DNA of 60,874 bases, filler included, from Basidioascus undulatus (GCA_000826855.1; 5 parts of 5 records of this genome joined end to end with filler, not necessarily neighbours in it), one strand, 5' to 3'; positions 26,770 through 40,383 are shown, counted from the whole stretch's first letter. Notes: generated by a model not told the origin, from the sequence alone. Numbers and translations are program-made.

Positions 26770-27720
26770 ATGTCCGGCCCGGCAGAGCTTCCCGGCATCG
26801 TCATGATGCGGTACGCATCCACTACCTTCAGCGGATTCAGCCGCTCTGATGTGCGCTGATGGTCATGATCATGGGTCGGGGCCGTCGGACGACTTCCCGG
26901 ACACCGGGATGTCCTTTTTCCAGGCATATTGCTTTGCTACGTGGCCCGCCTATCCTTGGCCGGCGACGACGAGATCACGCGCACCGAACTCGCGAGCCTC
27001 TCCTGGCAGCTGGACGTGGACAACGTCGGGAAGATCACCGGGCACCTCGACAACGCGACCCCTCCCAAGGTCTGCGTCAAGCTGAGTGCAGCCTCCAGGG
27101 CGGAGATAAAGCCTGCATTGTCCAACGAGGAGCAGTATGTGAGGGACCCGGGAAGGTGCGTTGAGCTGCGGGTTGCTTTCGCTCGGCGAAACGGAAAACT
27201 CACTGCCTTATCTCATTTTCTTACAACTGCAGGCTGCCTCTCTTCCAGGCTACCGTTGACCGCTCTCGCACCTTCCACTCGCGGCCGCAGACCGTCGCGT
27301 TGAGCACGCTCGAGAGCCTCCCAGATGACGTCTTGTCCTGCATCGTCGACAACCTGCCCGTGACCGACTCCCACACGCTGCCTAGGCTCATACAGCTCTG
27401 TACGGGCCTTCGCAACCGCTTTCTCCTTCTGTCCGCTTTCCAGCTCGCCTGCCGCGCTTACGCTGTCCACCTTCCCTGACCCGTCCGCCTCAACGGCCGG
27501 CTGGGCGCTGCGCTCACGCCAACGCTGTGGGGGGCTGGCATGCTTACCTTCTCGCTGCTTTCGCTCACACCTCGCGTGCGTCTCGTGCTCACGTCTTCAT
27601 GAAACTTCGAGATCATCGCTCGCCTCCTCGCGCGTTCGACGCACACTCTCCGCGGACGAGGCGGAGAGGCTTCGAAAGCTGCTCGACAAGGAGCCAGAGG
27701 ATCCCGAGCTCGCCATGAAG
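26770..27720 (+). pseudogene. Degenerate F-box-like gene
   Basis: Exon LSTLESLPDDVLSCIVDNLP...LIQL near 27300-27400; exons do not join cleanly and acceptors appear lost. Confidence 0.35.
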
Positions 27721-28632
27721 CTTAACGAGCTCAAGGCGTGCAACATCGCTTTCTAGATGGAACCATAGGTCGAGCTTACCAAAGCTTACTTGGCGACGGT
27801 AGCGTGGTGCAGTGCGGGTTGAAAATGACTGAGGGTTTGCGGGTCTGTCGGCTGCTTGAATATCGTTTTGAGTTGAACTTTGTTATGAAAATCATGTTTG
27901 CTCGCTTGAATCTTTTGGTTTTGCTTTCCGTGCTCCCCGTAGGAACCAAGTCTTAGAGAAAAATGCCTTGGGCCGAGAGGGAAGGTGCCAGTGCGTGCCT
28001 GTGAGCTGCGAGGGGAGGTAATTGTGCTCGTCTTGAAGAAGGTCGAGCACATCCTAGACCCTCAGAAATTGCGACAGATTCTTCGCAGAGCAGTGGCTGT
28101 CAGGGCCATGTGGGCTGGAGCTAGGAGAGAACAAGTGAGAGCGGGAGCTCGAAGGCAGCTGAAAAGCTTGACAGCTTCGCCGCAGTGCAGCCCATTCGCC
28201 GTGCAGGATTGAACGCACGTTGCTGAGCTACTATATGATCTGATATACGACTGTACGCATATTATCTGTTGCGTTCGTTTCCGGCCCAGTGACGAAGCGC
28301 TACGGGACTTTGCAGGTCAGAGCACCACTGTACCGACGGTACTTTCAAAGCTCGGCCAGGCATGCACCGCACCTCTTTCGGAATCGGTCGTGAGGATCAG
28401 GGTTACCCCCGGGCAAACGGTTTCCCAGCTACCGACATGCGACCAAGCACACGCAGACGGCCGAATCCGACGACGCGGTGGTATCGAAGCGTGTAGTGGG
28501 ATTTGCATGCAAGAACGAGACGAAAAGCGCTGGAAACATTTGCCAAAACTGGGAATGTGACGAGAACGGAGACGATGAGAGGTCGAGAATGCGGTGACGC
28601 GAAAGGCGCGAGCGTTTGGGGCTCGTAGCTGT

Positions 28633-29573
28633 TCAACCGGACTGGGACGGACGGGACATGTGGAAGGTGAGCGGAGGGGTGCTGAGCAGAGGGGAAGAGG
28701 CGGGGATGAAGAGCGGACCTTGAAGAGAAGGATGGCGATTTGGCCGAGGTAGAAGTAGATCTGTGCATGGGCGAAGCCAGGTCAGTGTCAGGAGCGGGAG
28801 TGGAGGAAGAGGGCGAGGGTGTGGGGATGTACGAAGTGCTTAGTCTCTGTTGGGAGTAAAGGAGAGAGTCAGCGGTATTCTATAGCATAACGCGTTGAAT
28901 GTGAAGTTGAATGGCTGTGGTATGCCTTGAGGTTCGCACCCAGCCCTCGCTGAAGACTCCTCGCCCGACCAGACGAGCTCCAGCCCGACACCCAACCGCC
29001 TTCCCTGAGACACCGCAGCATTCCGCACCCAAAACTCCAGTCTTCCCAACTCCACGCGCTTCGGTTGCCCATCAACTCACCGTGCGTGACATAGCTCCCG
29101 TAGTTCTTGCCTACCACGACGTGCCAAGTGGGCCCGTAGATCCTGTCAAACTCGCGCTTGATGTGCGCCGCAATGTCCTTCTCGATGTTGTACTTCTCCA
29201 GCGCCGCCGACCTGCAACGCTCAAGTCAGCTGTCTTAGTATCAACCTTGGTGCGGCGAAATGTGGGGGCCGAAAGGGGACTCACGCAACGTCCACCGCCT
29301 GCTGCTGCATCTCCTCGGACATGTCCACGTTCTACCCTCCCAATCCCACAACTCAACCGCTACGACCACAGCTCCTGCGCACAGCACAGCGCCGACGCAC
29401 CTTGATGACCGCTTTCGCCGCCGCGGGGGCCGGCGCAGGCGCAGCAGGCGCCGACTCGGTCTGCGGCTTCTCGTCCGTTGGGGCAGCGGAGGACCTGCGA
29501 TACAAGTTATTGTCAGCTGGCTGCATTTGCTGTGGCGTCCAAATATGGAGCTGGATTGTCAGTGTACGGACAT
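28633..29573 (-). CDS. DYN2: Dynein light chain LC8
   Basis: Spliced: MSSAAP...[85 protein letters not shown]. Confidence 0.95.
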
Positions 29574-29972
29574 GGGCGCGAGCGTTTGTGAGTGGAGAAC
29601 AGAACAGAGAACGAGAGGTTGACGGTCGGACGCGTGCCGCCTGGGCGATTGAGCGGCGGAAGTCGCGTCGGTGGGGCCGGAAAGTACGAGGGATTTCCGT
29701 GGACAGGTCTGTCGATCACTGTCGCGCGACGTCGGCCTGTATGGAATGATGTAAAGGAATTGGTCTTTGACAGAAAGGTGGTACTACGGATACTTTGATA
29801 TGCAGGTCCTTGCTGGTATCATCCTCAACACTGAAAGCGGGATGGCCAGGACAGGCCTGACAGCGCGGCCTCAGCGACGCCGCCGCCGCTTCGTCTCACC
29901 TTCCCATCCTCCTCCGTCCTCCTCACCTGCTGCCACTCACCTCTTGGCCACTTACCTCCAAAGCATTCCATA

Positions 29973-30760
29973 ATGATCCCTCCCCTTCGATCGCTCTTTC
30001 GCGAAAGATTGGCTATCGTATCGCTCCGAGCTTCCTTTTGCAGTGTGCCTCGATCGTACTCGTCTTCCTCCGTTTCGCGGTCGGCTCCCCCTCATAGTCC
30101 GGCACCCACCGAAGGTCCGCGAACAATAAACGGAAGACAATGCGAAACGAGCGGATTATCGCGCTGTAAGTGGTATTCCGCTTCCCAACTACGCTGGCTC
30201 ATCTCTCATCCTTGCAGAGAGGCGCTCGGATATCCAACACATGGCTTACGAAGAGCGAGGTGTGAATTTTTCTATTTCTTTGCCGGCCTCATGTTTCCTG
30301 GATCTTCCTCCTCACATATCATGCCCCATTGCAGGAGGCAAAGAACCTCCATGGCAGCTGCGTGTCTGCATCCAAGCGTGGGCTTGCTTTCGACTCGCCG
30401 GAGAACATGCGATTCCTTTCGCAGCGGGACGAGCTCGTCACCCACGGAATCATCTCCCCGGAAGATGCGACATAATCAGGCATACTCAGGAGATCAAGGC
30501 CATGCTCATACTGTACTCCCTCCGGGAGTCGATGCGCTTGGCCACTGCGAGCGCGGTACCGGGACTCGCGACGACGGTAGGGCTCATTCTTTTATGTGTC
30601 TTAGCCTCGATCAAGATTATCCCTCGGAGCTGACACAGTTTTCTGGAGTTAGAAAGCAGGCAAGCCCCGCAAAAATCTGCCGTTCGCGTTCACCAAGGTC
30701 CGCAACTTTCTTCAGTCCCTTTTGAAGCGTAACAACGCTCTATATGATCTCTTCGATTAA
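29973..30760 (+). pseudogene. Possible small gene with mitochondrial-type N-terminus, apparently disrupted
   Basis: MIPPLRSLFRERLAIVSLR...; several intron-like GT..AG units, but the spliced frames hit stops. Confidence 0.25.
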
Positions 30761-31617
30761 TACTGATGTGATTTGGCTTCCGGAATGGAAGATAGGACCC
30801 TGCAGAATATCCTGCGAAGCACGGGCTGGAAATCGTCGGGTGGAAGCCGGAATGGAGCTCTGAGTGTCAGCGAGTGCGCGATTTGCCCTCTGGTGGAGAA
30901 TTCTCCTGGGCTGCTAGTTCTGGCGCATGCGTTGCTGCACAAGTAGGTGCAGGTTGTTGGACGGAAACGGGTGAAGGGTGAAGCCATAGATGTGCCCGCG
31001 AACAGAACATCGTGTCTGCCGTCGCTCTGTGGGAAGTGTGAGCGTGCTTGCTTCCTGCTGTGTTGAAAATGATGTTTGGGAACTTTAAATTCAGACGCCC
31101 TACGACAGAACGTCACCATCGCTGATGTGCCCATGTGCGTCAGTGTTCACAAACGGGAGAGACTTGGTGCACTCCGCGACGCTCGGCCACTCTCTTTGGG
31201 AACGCTGAGCGCGATGTACCCAAGAAGATGGGATAAGGGTGCAAGCGCTGAAAACGAAGTCCGTGAGGGCCGAGATAATCCACAGCTGAGAAGGCGGGCG
31301 GCCTGGGCAGCCTGCGACTTTCTGCAATCTTGCAGCTTCGCTGTTGCATGGTTGCATGTAGCCGTCTCATCCAGCTGCCTCCAGCCATCATGCCCGCCCT
31401 CTTTGCACATTCTCAGAAATATATGGCAAAGAAATCATAGCTTTGGGAGAACAGACAGTAATTAATGATCTACTGCCCAGGGTACAACATCCTTCCGCCC
31501 TCCTTTCTACGACTCTTCATGCTGCTCGCCCGGAAAGTCCTCAATCCTCAGCCTCCCCCTCACAATATCCTCCATCGCCCCCTTAAGCCCCTCCTCGCCC
31601 CTCCTCCAGCCCCTACA

Positions 31618-32181
31618 TCACACCTCTTTTGCTCCCTCCTCAACGCGCCTCTCCAGCCCGAGGCGTTCCCACTCCTCATCGTCATCAACATCCACATACC
31701 CCTCCTGCAGATCATGCAAGTTGTAGCAGATAAGCTCGGACAGGTCGGAGTCGAGGAGCGTGCGCGTCCCGCATGGGCACGGGTACGAAGGAGGCCTGCG
31801 AACACGGCGGCGGGGGGCGGGGGTCAAGACTATCGCCTGGGCAATCTCGGAAGCGGGAAAGGCTGAGGCAGGGAGCAGTTCGTCGGGCTCGAACCCCATG
31901 AAGGGGGGTGGGTACAAAACGATGTGCTGTGCTGTGGGGGCGCCAAACGACCCCGCGGCATTGTAGAAGTGGCCAAGGGCGTAGACGTCCCCTCCCCAGG
32001 TGAGGAGCAGCTGAGAGGGAGGAGAGGGACGCAGGCCGAGGGATTGTCGAGATTTCGATCATCCAGGGACTGCTGTCAAACTCTGCTAGACTCGAGAGTT
32101 CAGGCCCCGAGTTCAAGAGTCTCAACGCGTTGTTTCTAATCGCTTCTGCGTGGTCGACCTCGTAGACAGAGTCTTCGATGC
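31618..32181 (-). CDS. 3' part of hypothetical protein, cut by gap
   Basis: Coding-like frame ...LYPPPFMGFEPDELL...DVDDDEEWERLGLERRVEEGAKEV*; probable frameshift upstream. Confidence 0.3.
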
Positions 32182-32281
32182 NNNNNNNNNNNNNNNNNNN
32201 NNNNNNNNNNNNNNNNNNNNNNNNNTTAATTAATTAANNNNNNNNNNNNNNNNNNNNNNNNNNNNNNNNNNNNNNNNNNNN
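32182..32281. other. Assembly spacer N44-TTAATTAATTAA-N44
   Basis: Same linker structure. Confidence 0.97.
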
Positions 32282-32342
32282 ACCCCGTCCCGACTCCGCC
32301 CCGACTGCCCTTTCACCGACTGACCCCCACCTCTCATCTCAG

Positions 32343-32797
32343 TGGTGGCCCGAGATCTCGCACCACGCGCCGGGCGTGCCGATCATCCTGGTCGGGACGA
32401 AGCTCGACCTGCGCTCGGACCCAGCGGCCGTGCAGGCGCTGCGCGAGCGGCGGATGGAGCCGCTCACGTATGCGCAGGGCGTGGAGCTGGCGAAGGATAT
32501 TGGGGCGGTGCGTGTATCCTCCGCGCAGGATGGACGTGGGAGGACGAGGGGCTGATGAGTGCGCGGGAGGTGGAGCAGATCAAATACCTGGAGTGCTCGG
32601 CTTTGACGCAGAAGGGGCTGAGTGCGTTCATCATCCTTCCCACCCTCTACATGCTTTCCTCCCTGCCCCCATTCATATTCGCTTACCCTGGGATCCGCCC
32701 GCGTCGAGCAGAGAGCGTCTTCGACGAAGCGATCCGCGCCGTGCTCGTCCCGCAACGGCCCAAGAAGCGCAAGCAAAAGGGCTGCGTCGTAATCTAG
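32343..32797 (+). CDS. RAC1: Rho-family GTPase Rac, C-terminal part; 5' end lost at gap
   Basis: [24 protein letters not shown]...[26 protein letters not shown]...[12 protein letters not shown] (polybasic tract plus CaaX). Confidence 0.9.
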
Positions 32798-33550
32798 CGC
32801 TCTTCCCTCCCTCAGTCCTCCTCTTCTTTCCCCTCCGCCTCACCTTCCTGCCTCTTCCCTCTCCCTCCTCCCCACGCCCCCACCTCTCACGCCCCGCTTC
32901 TTCCTGCCTATTAAATTTGCGAGCACCATACACGTTCACGTACCTCCTATTCCCTTCCGATCCCATCGGCGCTACACTTCCTTTTACGATACCCCGTCCT
33001 TCCCCTCCGGCCTGTCATCCATTTTTTGAGTTCCACCCATCGCTGTGAATGACCCCGAACCTTTTGGCCTACGACTCTCTTTCTCGTTTGGCGGAATCAT
33101 GATGCGTTTTGCTTGCTTGGTTTGTGCAGCGGTGCTTTGACGAGTTGGATGGGGTGGATGTGGGAAGCGAGAGTGACCAACCCGCTGCGTCGGTTTGCAC
33201 GGGTCGGGAAAGGTGAACAGGTCTTGCGTGGCCTCACGCGCACATGTGCCATAGTGTCGTACGCTTGTTCGGAAATCTCGGCCTGAACACCTTTCTTTCG
33301 ATCCCCCCTTCGCCTTCGCTCGGGACTTGCGAGGAATCTGTTGTTTATCGATTCCCAGCTAAAATGGGTAGCTTCAGACTTCCAAGTATGTTTCGCTTCT
33401 CATCGAGTTACATGTATTAGGGCTATGTGATCGCTACAAGGTATAAGGCATCCAGTCGTTTCGAGCGCATTCAGACTCGTGCGTCATTCGGAGCGCTGTG
33501 CAGGCCCCTTACTGGTGGCCGATCTGTCCTCACACCCAGCCTCGCGTTAT

Positions 33551-34075
33551 TCAAACGCCCCTGCAAGCAGCGACACTTTCCGGGCGACCCACGTGGAGCT
33601 TGCCCTTGACCTTGTCAAGGACGCCCTTGTCGCTCTTGTGTGAAGACGTCGCGGCGTCAGAGACCTGCTGCGTCGTGCTCTTGGTGCCCTGCGGCTGGAG
33701 GTCCGCGGCGGCTTTCTGCAAGTTTCGTGTCACGATAACCGGCAATGAGTTCGGGCACGGCGGTGAGGCGCGGGATCGTCTCGAGTGACAGCGCCCGCCG
33801 CGGACGGTGAGGGGAAGGGGGGAGAAAGGGGACAGACGTCGGCATGGCCCTTCACGTTGTCGCCAAGCTTCTCGGTGCCGGTCTTTTGTTCGTCGGGCTT
33901 GTGAAGGGGGAGATGTGGTGTAAATGTGTAAATTGCTGAGGATTAGAAGCCGGCATTATGCACCTTCAGCTTGTTCTCGACCTGTTCAGATGATGCGCTC
34001 AGTATGGGAACTCGGCAAGGGGCAACACATTGCACATACCTTGTCAGAGAGATTCTGGCGTCCGGCGTCGGTCAT
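33551..34075 (-). CDS. HSP12: Hsp12/Hsp9-like small stress protein
   Basis: MTDAGRQNLSDK/VENKLK/PDEQKTGTEKLGDNVKGHAD/KAAADLQPQGTKSTTQQVSD...; exact 3' end uncertain. Confidence 0.8.
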
Positions 34076-34661
34076 GGTGTCTAGGGTGTAAGGCGTATGT
34101 AGATATGTAAAGTGGTTTGGTAGTTGTGAATAAAGCTAGGTGTGCGTGGTGGCGGAGATGAATGAGGGCGTTCGCGAGCACGCAGCGGGTTTTTGAGCTG
34201 TGGCCATCCGCCGACTGCCGACGACTGCGCGGCCCGGAATTGCATCATGCGCTGAGGTATGATAAGGGTAGGCGGAGAGAGAGGCGGAACGGGATCATGG
34301 ATTGGAGAACACAAAAGTTCCGCTGCGGGTCAGGATTGCTCCACGAAGCGGACGGAAGACGCGTGTAACTGGGCTCCCCGTTGCCCGTCGCCTCCCAGCC
34401 CTTGCGACCCTGGCAAGAAATTCAAGCGAGATGCCAGGCTAGGTTTGATGTTCTTTAAATATTAATACATTTACCTATCTTCTTCAGTGGCTACGATTAA
34501 GAACAGCAGGCGAAAGGACCTTGAAGGACAGCAGCAAAGGCGGGGGAGCTACCTCGTGTTGTTGCGGTGGAGTCGCGCATGCGGGCCGCGACGGGATGGC
34601 GGGCGATTGGTGCACACGCGAGATCACTGCGCTTGGCCCCTTGAGCTTGAAAAAAGCAGCA

Positions 34662-34681
34662 GTGTGTGTGTGTGTGTGTGT
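34662..34681. repeat. (GT)10 microsatellite
   Basis: Direct reading. Confidence 0.9.
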
Positions 34682-35275
34682 TTAAAAGAGGAAATGAGGG
34701 CCTGGCTCCTGCACTCTCTTACCCGCAAAGCGCTATTAAGCAACCTACGAGAGGATGAGTAGTCCAGCAAAGTGCAGGCAGCCCTGAAGTGAGTGAACTT
34801 GCATCGTTGAGCGTGAGTATGCCTCAGAGCGAGGCCTCTCAGGCCTCCAACTCACTAGCAGTAGACACTCTGAACGACCATTCTACGATTTAGATAAGTT
34901 CGATACGGTAAACAGTAAACGGCAGTCATGGAGCCTGCACTCTGGCACGTCGGAGCATAAGTGCTTAGCACACCGTGGATTGCAAATACGAAGGCACGAG
35001 AAGACAACACAGAGATGCATCTATATTCGACAAGTGAGGAGTCTGGCAGCTGGCATTCGAAACGGATACAGGAGGAAGTAGAAGGTGAAACACTGGTTGA
35101 AAGACGCGAGATAGTGGGCAAAGTAGTGTGCCAGAGTAAAGGAGAGAGTCCGAGTGCTCATGTAGTAAGTAAAAGGCCAAAGGTCAAGAACGAAAGAAGC
35201 AGTTCAATGAGCAATGAGCGGCAGTATTGAACGAGAGTGAAAAAAAGTGTTCAGTGCAGCTCAGAATCGCGAACT

Positions 35276-37935
35276 TCAAGCGCTGTCGAGCGCGTACTCG
35301 TCCAGGAACGGGGGTAGAACGTCCATCCCTTGGAGGATGACTATAGACCGGAGACCCCGTCGTGAATCAGTTTCAGGGCGTTGCAAAATGCTGGAGCGCA
35401 AGACGCACCGGCCGCCATTCACCCGAACAAGTGGCTATCCAGACTGCGATAAGAGATAAGTTAGTGAGAAAAGCCTGGCATTTCTATAAACCTTATTGAA
35501 TGGACGCACTGGCAATGAAGGAGAGATGGTGTAGGAATGAAAGAGTAGTACCGCGCGACCATCCAGCTGTTGTTCGCGAGCGCGGGAAGCTTGGCCCAGC
35601 CGTCTGCAGTGCAACAAAAAGCTAAGTCAAGCAACGCACATGCTTACGGGCAAACCAAAGAAACTTGCCTCGGAGAGAAGCGTTGTAAAGGTTAAGCGGC
35701 AGTCCTGGGTCTGCGGCCAGAGCCTGAAAGGGAAGTCGTCGACGCCGCCGCCGAGCACTCAGACCTTCTCGTTGTGCTTGTGCATAGAGTGGGATGGTCT
35801 GTGAATGGAAGTTGATTATCCATATCGGCATTGGTTATGAGAAGCTAAGGAAAAGGACCCCGGACCTACTTCGCTACGCTGTGGAAAATCAAGTCGACGA
35901 TGGACCCGTTGGCGACGCTCGCGATGCTCGGGTCGCCACTCGCAAGGGCGGAGGCCGAGTCGTACAGGAGAGGGGGTTTGAAAGCGTCCCAAATTCTAAA
36001 GCCGGTTCTTGACAAGGTGCACCAGTTAATCGAGGTGGATCAGTATAAAAGGTAAAAGGAGGCACGAACCGTTCGAGGCCCACTCCGTTGCGCTCGGCCG
36101 GCTGAAGTTGAAGTGCAGGTTGAAGTCGGCGGGCCCGAGGAGAGGAGGAATGGCGGGCTAGGGCGAGTAGAGAGAGAGTCGGCGAAAGTTGCGTTGGGGA
36201 AAGAGTGGCTTCGGGTTGCCGAGGTAGTCCATCTACGGAGTCGAGGCGGGCAGCGGGGGTAGCCGGGAGACTGGGTGAGCTCGGCGCTGCTGCCGCAATA
36301 CTGCAGGATCGCGTATCCTGAACGAGTTAATATGGGAGATGGAAGGAACAGTCAGTGGCAGAAGCCTTGTCGCCCGAGGACTGAGAACTATCTCACCTGC
36401 AGCGCGTTGACAGCCGCGATTCGGACGCTGTAGGCGCCGAGCGGCTTGTCGAGCTTGACGAAGACCTGGCACCGCTGGGAGACGTGGATCTGAATCACCT
36501 CAGCTGTCAGAGACCGTTTTTCTGTAGTCGAACCCTCTTTCATACCCACCTCCAAAATGTCCACCGTCTGTGACCCGTGATATTGCCCATCAGCGGCTGT
36601 AAAGAACGGAGACCAAACATAGTTCAGCATTGTGCACCTGTAAGCACGAAATACAGGCCAAATCGCTCACCGTAGACTATCAAAGGATGCTCATCGATCG
36701 AAACGCATAGGCCGATGTCGACGCCGGAGTTGAGCAAAGAAAGGCTGACCCAGCACCTGCGTCCTCTCGATCGTCGTAAGCGGAGCGTCCAGCGTGGCCG
36801 TGCAGTGGTGTAGAATGCGGGGTCGACAGCGTCGGAAAAGCTTGGGAAAGCGCCGGTGAGGATGGGGCTGGTGAAGGGAACGCAGCTGGATGTTCAAGTG
36901 AGAACGATGAGCGGTCAAAGTTGTCTGGAGAGCGTAAATAAACTAGAGAGACTTACCCTTTCGCAGTGAGGTTAGCGAGCCCCAGCGTAGCCGAGTACGC
37001 TGCCATCTCCTCAGCGGAAGGGCAGACGACCGCCCCGCGGTCGCTGACAAAGATGGAGTCGGAGCAGCTGGAAAAGCAGGAGGAGGGTATTAGCAAACGA
37101 CGGAGCAAGCGGAAGTACGAAGAGGACAAGGAAGACGCACACGGCTCAATCTGGGTTGCTTCCCATATCCCGATGAGCTTTTCGCTGATCCAATGACTCC
37201 AGTCGCGCAGCATAGGACCTCGGGCGAGCGATGGGCTGCCTCGAGCGCGGCGATGTCGGAGGGGTCGAAGGAGATAAGGGAAAACAGCGAGGAGCGGTCG
37301 CGGGAAGGCCTGTAAGATAGTTGCAGCCGAGGTAAGTAATGGTTTCTTGGAGAGGTAGCCCGGGTGAAAGAAGACGCACAGGATAAGGAGAGGCCCCCGG
37401 CGCTCGTGGCTGTGGTACCAGTACTGCGAATATCCCATCCGGTTAGCCTCCCTAGCAAGTACGATCAAATGGAGGAAGGGGAAATTGTGAGAAGAGCACG
37501 CACGTATCCCGGCTGAATAGCCTTCCGACGGTAACAAAGCTCTCGCCCGGCTGAATGGGAAGCTGCGTGACGCCAGGGACGCCATCGGACCAGGGCGTCC
37601 CGACCTGGTCAATGCCATGCCAGTGGAGGGTGGTCGGGACGGAGATGTTGGTGTGGACCGCGACCTGCGAAACAAAAGATACTCCGATCAGCCAACAGAG
37701 AGAGAATGGGGCCAGACAGAAAGGAAAAACGCACCTCGACATCGTCCCCCTCTGTCAGCTCGACGAGCGGGCCAGGAAACATGTCGTTGACGAGTTAGAC
37801 CATCATGCTCCCGTAACCCCCCGACATAGGGCAAGAGGCCTTCCTCAAACCCAACGATTCCCAAAACTACGCACCTCTCAGGCCGTCGACAGAGCGCCTT
37901 CCCTCCGAGAGGACCAGTTCGAAATGCCGCGGCGT
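35276..37935 (-). pseudogene. Multicopper oxidase (laccase/ascorbate-oxidase-like) pseudogene
   Basis: [28 protein letters not shown]...[51 protein letters not shown] 37795-37797, TGA 35419-35421, frameshift near 37215. Confidence 0.85.
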
Positions 37936-38303
37936 TGTGGCGTCGGGCGAATTATGCGGGTTTCACCGCTACCGTCCGCCATGGTCCTCCTAAATATAAA
38001 CAGATACTCTGCCCTCGAGACATCAAGGACACCCGAAGTAGATTCGAGATGAACTGCGAAGCTCTCATTTGGACCTGCGCCTCCCCTTATTGCTGCTGTC
38101 AGTCTACTTGCATATCGACCAACACTTCAACTTCATAGGATTGTACTGAATCGAGAGGAAACGTGAATTTGACATAACGGACAAAACACAAGTTTACATA
38201 ACAGATTCCGCAGTGCACACATACTGCCACACCGTCTGTATGGCTATTACGGAATCGAGGCATGCAACAAGCATAACATGGGCCCATACAACGATGGAAG
38301 TAC

Positions 38304-39560
38304 TTAAAAAGTACAATCACGAACCATACGGGTAAGAGACCACACCTCTACCCCTTTGGAACCGAGCTCGACCATCAACGGACTAACTGCAGTTCTGAAC
38401 TCGAGCGTACATCTGGACGAGTAGCGAAAGTCTATGCGCTTCAGAGACTGCAGGTGAGCACCGTTGTTGCTTATCTCTTGAAGGATCTGAGTGAAGGTCT
38501 CGCTGAGCCGTAAGGGATGATTGCAGTGAGCGACGGAGGGAGCGCCTTGACCAGCGGACCGACTACATCTTGACATTGAAGAGTGAATGTTACGCTCCGT
38601 AGGCAGGGACAGAACGAGATGAGTTCGAGCAGCTTGAGTTACTCTTCCGCCTCATAGTCGAGTAAAAGGCGAAGTTTGTTGAGTCGAGAACCATGCGTTT
38701 GCAAAATTAATCGGCTGAGCTGGCGTCCAATGAAACTTCCCCCAAAGACGGAAGGCCGCATGGGGCCAAGGTTTGCACAAGATCGCCTTCATAGAATAGA
38801 TATATTATAAACTTCAGTGGGCGCAACTTGTGAAGATCGAAAGCAACGGCGGGTGACGGCATAGAAGCTTGGTCGAAGTCGACGATTTCCAGTTCACGGA
38901 GCTCGACGAAGTGGCCAAGAAGCTGAATAACTCGGGTAATTCGGACTTCAGCGTGATATCAAGGAAGGTAAGAGTGCGGCTGTTGTTCGTTTCGAGCGCA
39001 TGAAGCGTTGAAGGCACCATGGTCCCTTCGGAGGCAGCATGTCGGACTCGGGCGGTGGATGTGAGCATGTCGGGAATCGAAGCTCGATCATTGTAACCCC
39101 ATTCCTTGTCAGACTTTGCGCAGCAAGGTACCTCGAGCTTTTCAGTGTGCCGGAGCGGCTCACGCCCGATCAAGCTGAGGTCGACAACGAGCTTGACGAA
39201 AGCTTCGATGGTCTGCCATCCCTCGAGAATGACGGTGCGGTAGCAATGAGGCTCACACAGTTGCTGCGGGAAAAATGCGAACTTATGTGGCAAGAGGGCT
39301 CCACCAACCCTTCTATGGCAATTCCAAGCAGACTCACGTTCCAGGAGCGACACACCAGCGAGATACTAGCGCCCACGTCCTCGCCACTGTCCGCACGCGC
39401 CAGACCGGAGCTGGTGCTGTTGCCGATGGCGCGCTCGAATATGCGAGACCAGAGCTCAGCAGGGAAATATGGCCTGAACTTGTTTATTGCTTGAGTGGCG
39501 AAGTGAGCTGGAGGAGGTTGTGCGATGGTGGTGGTCGAGCAAGACTGAAACAGCGCATCG
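38304..39560 (-). pseudogene. Degenerate F-box/LRR-like gene
   Basis: PYFPAELWSRIFERAI...ISLVCRSWN followed by LRR-like pieces in shifting frames. Confidence 0.5.
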
Positions 39561-40347
39561 TGTTGGAAAAGCTCCGCGGTTGCGCGGGTGACGGTGCTGT
39601 CGGGGTAGCGATGCTGGTGCTTTGGAATTATGCTTTTTCCCGCAGATGGAGATGCATAATCAAGAGGTGCCAGATGGTTATCAGTACAATGGACTTGCGA
39701 AGTGGGCCGCATTCTCCAAACCGCCTGGTAGTGCTCCGCACGAATACCATTCGCAAAGAAAATTAAGGGCCAAGCTGGATGAAAGCCATGATGAGTTTTT
39801 AGTGTTCTAGGAAACCTCCTTGATCTGCTGCTGAAGGGAGTATTACATGCCCATGTGTTTGCGTGTCGCTGTCCCTCGACCGAGCACTCATCAAGGTGCC
39901 CGTGCCACTGACTAGCTTAGTTTACTGCTTCATACTTGGCTGGTGCGAAGCTTCACAAACGAAGTCTTCTGCCTAGTTTGCCTCTAAGGCCGTGAAGCAG
40001 CCTGCAGCAAGATTCTTCGAGGGCGTCCTCTCGCGCCATGCCGTTGTCCAGTCACTTGTCTGCCGGAAAGATGAAGTCGTCTTTGCTCCACCTGCGCTGG
40101 GCGAAGGCATTTCACAGATAATAGATACCATGAGAAATACCAGTAACAGACGTGATGTTTGGGGTTCTCAAAAAAAAACCCTACGAAGTTTAGCGGAGTT
40201 GAAAGAGACTGCATGTGCTTGTCCATCTCCGGCCAAATGTCCTCGCCAAAGGCGTAGGTTCTTTTCACATTTACCATTATTTACACCGTTCATCTGCTTG
40301 TAGGTAGACTTTGCGCGCACTGGGACGCTGCCGGTCTCGTAAGCGAT

Positions 40348-40383
40348 TTCGCGAAAGGCCGATGAGCCTCGAACTTTCGAGGA
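40348..40383. promoter_or_regulatory. Candidate heat-shock elements upstream of AHA1
   Basis: TTCgcGAA at 40348-40355 and GAActTTCgaGGA at 40371-40383, 115-150 bp before the ATG. Confidence 0.4.
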
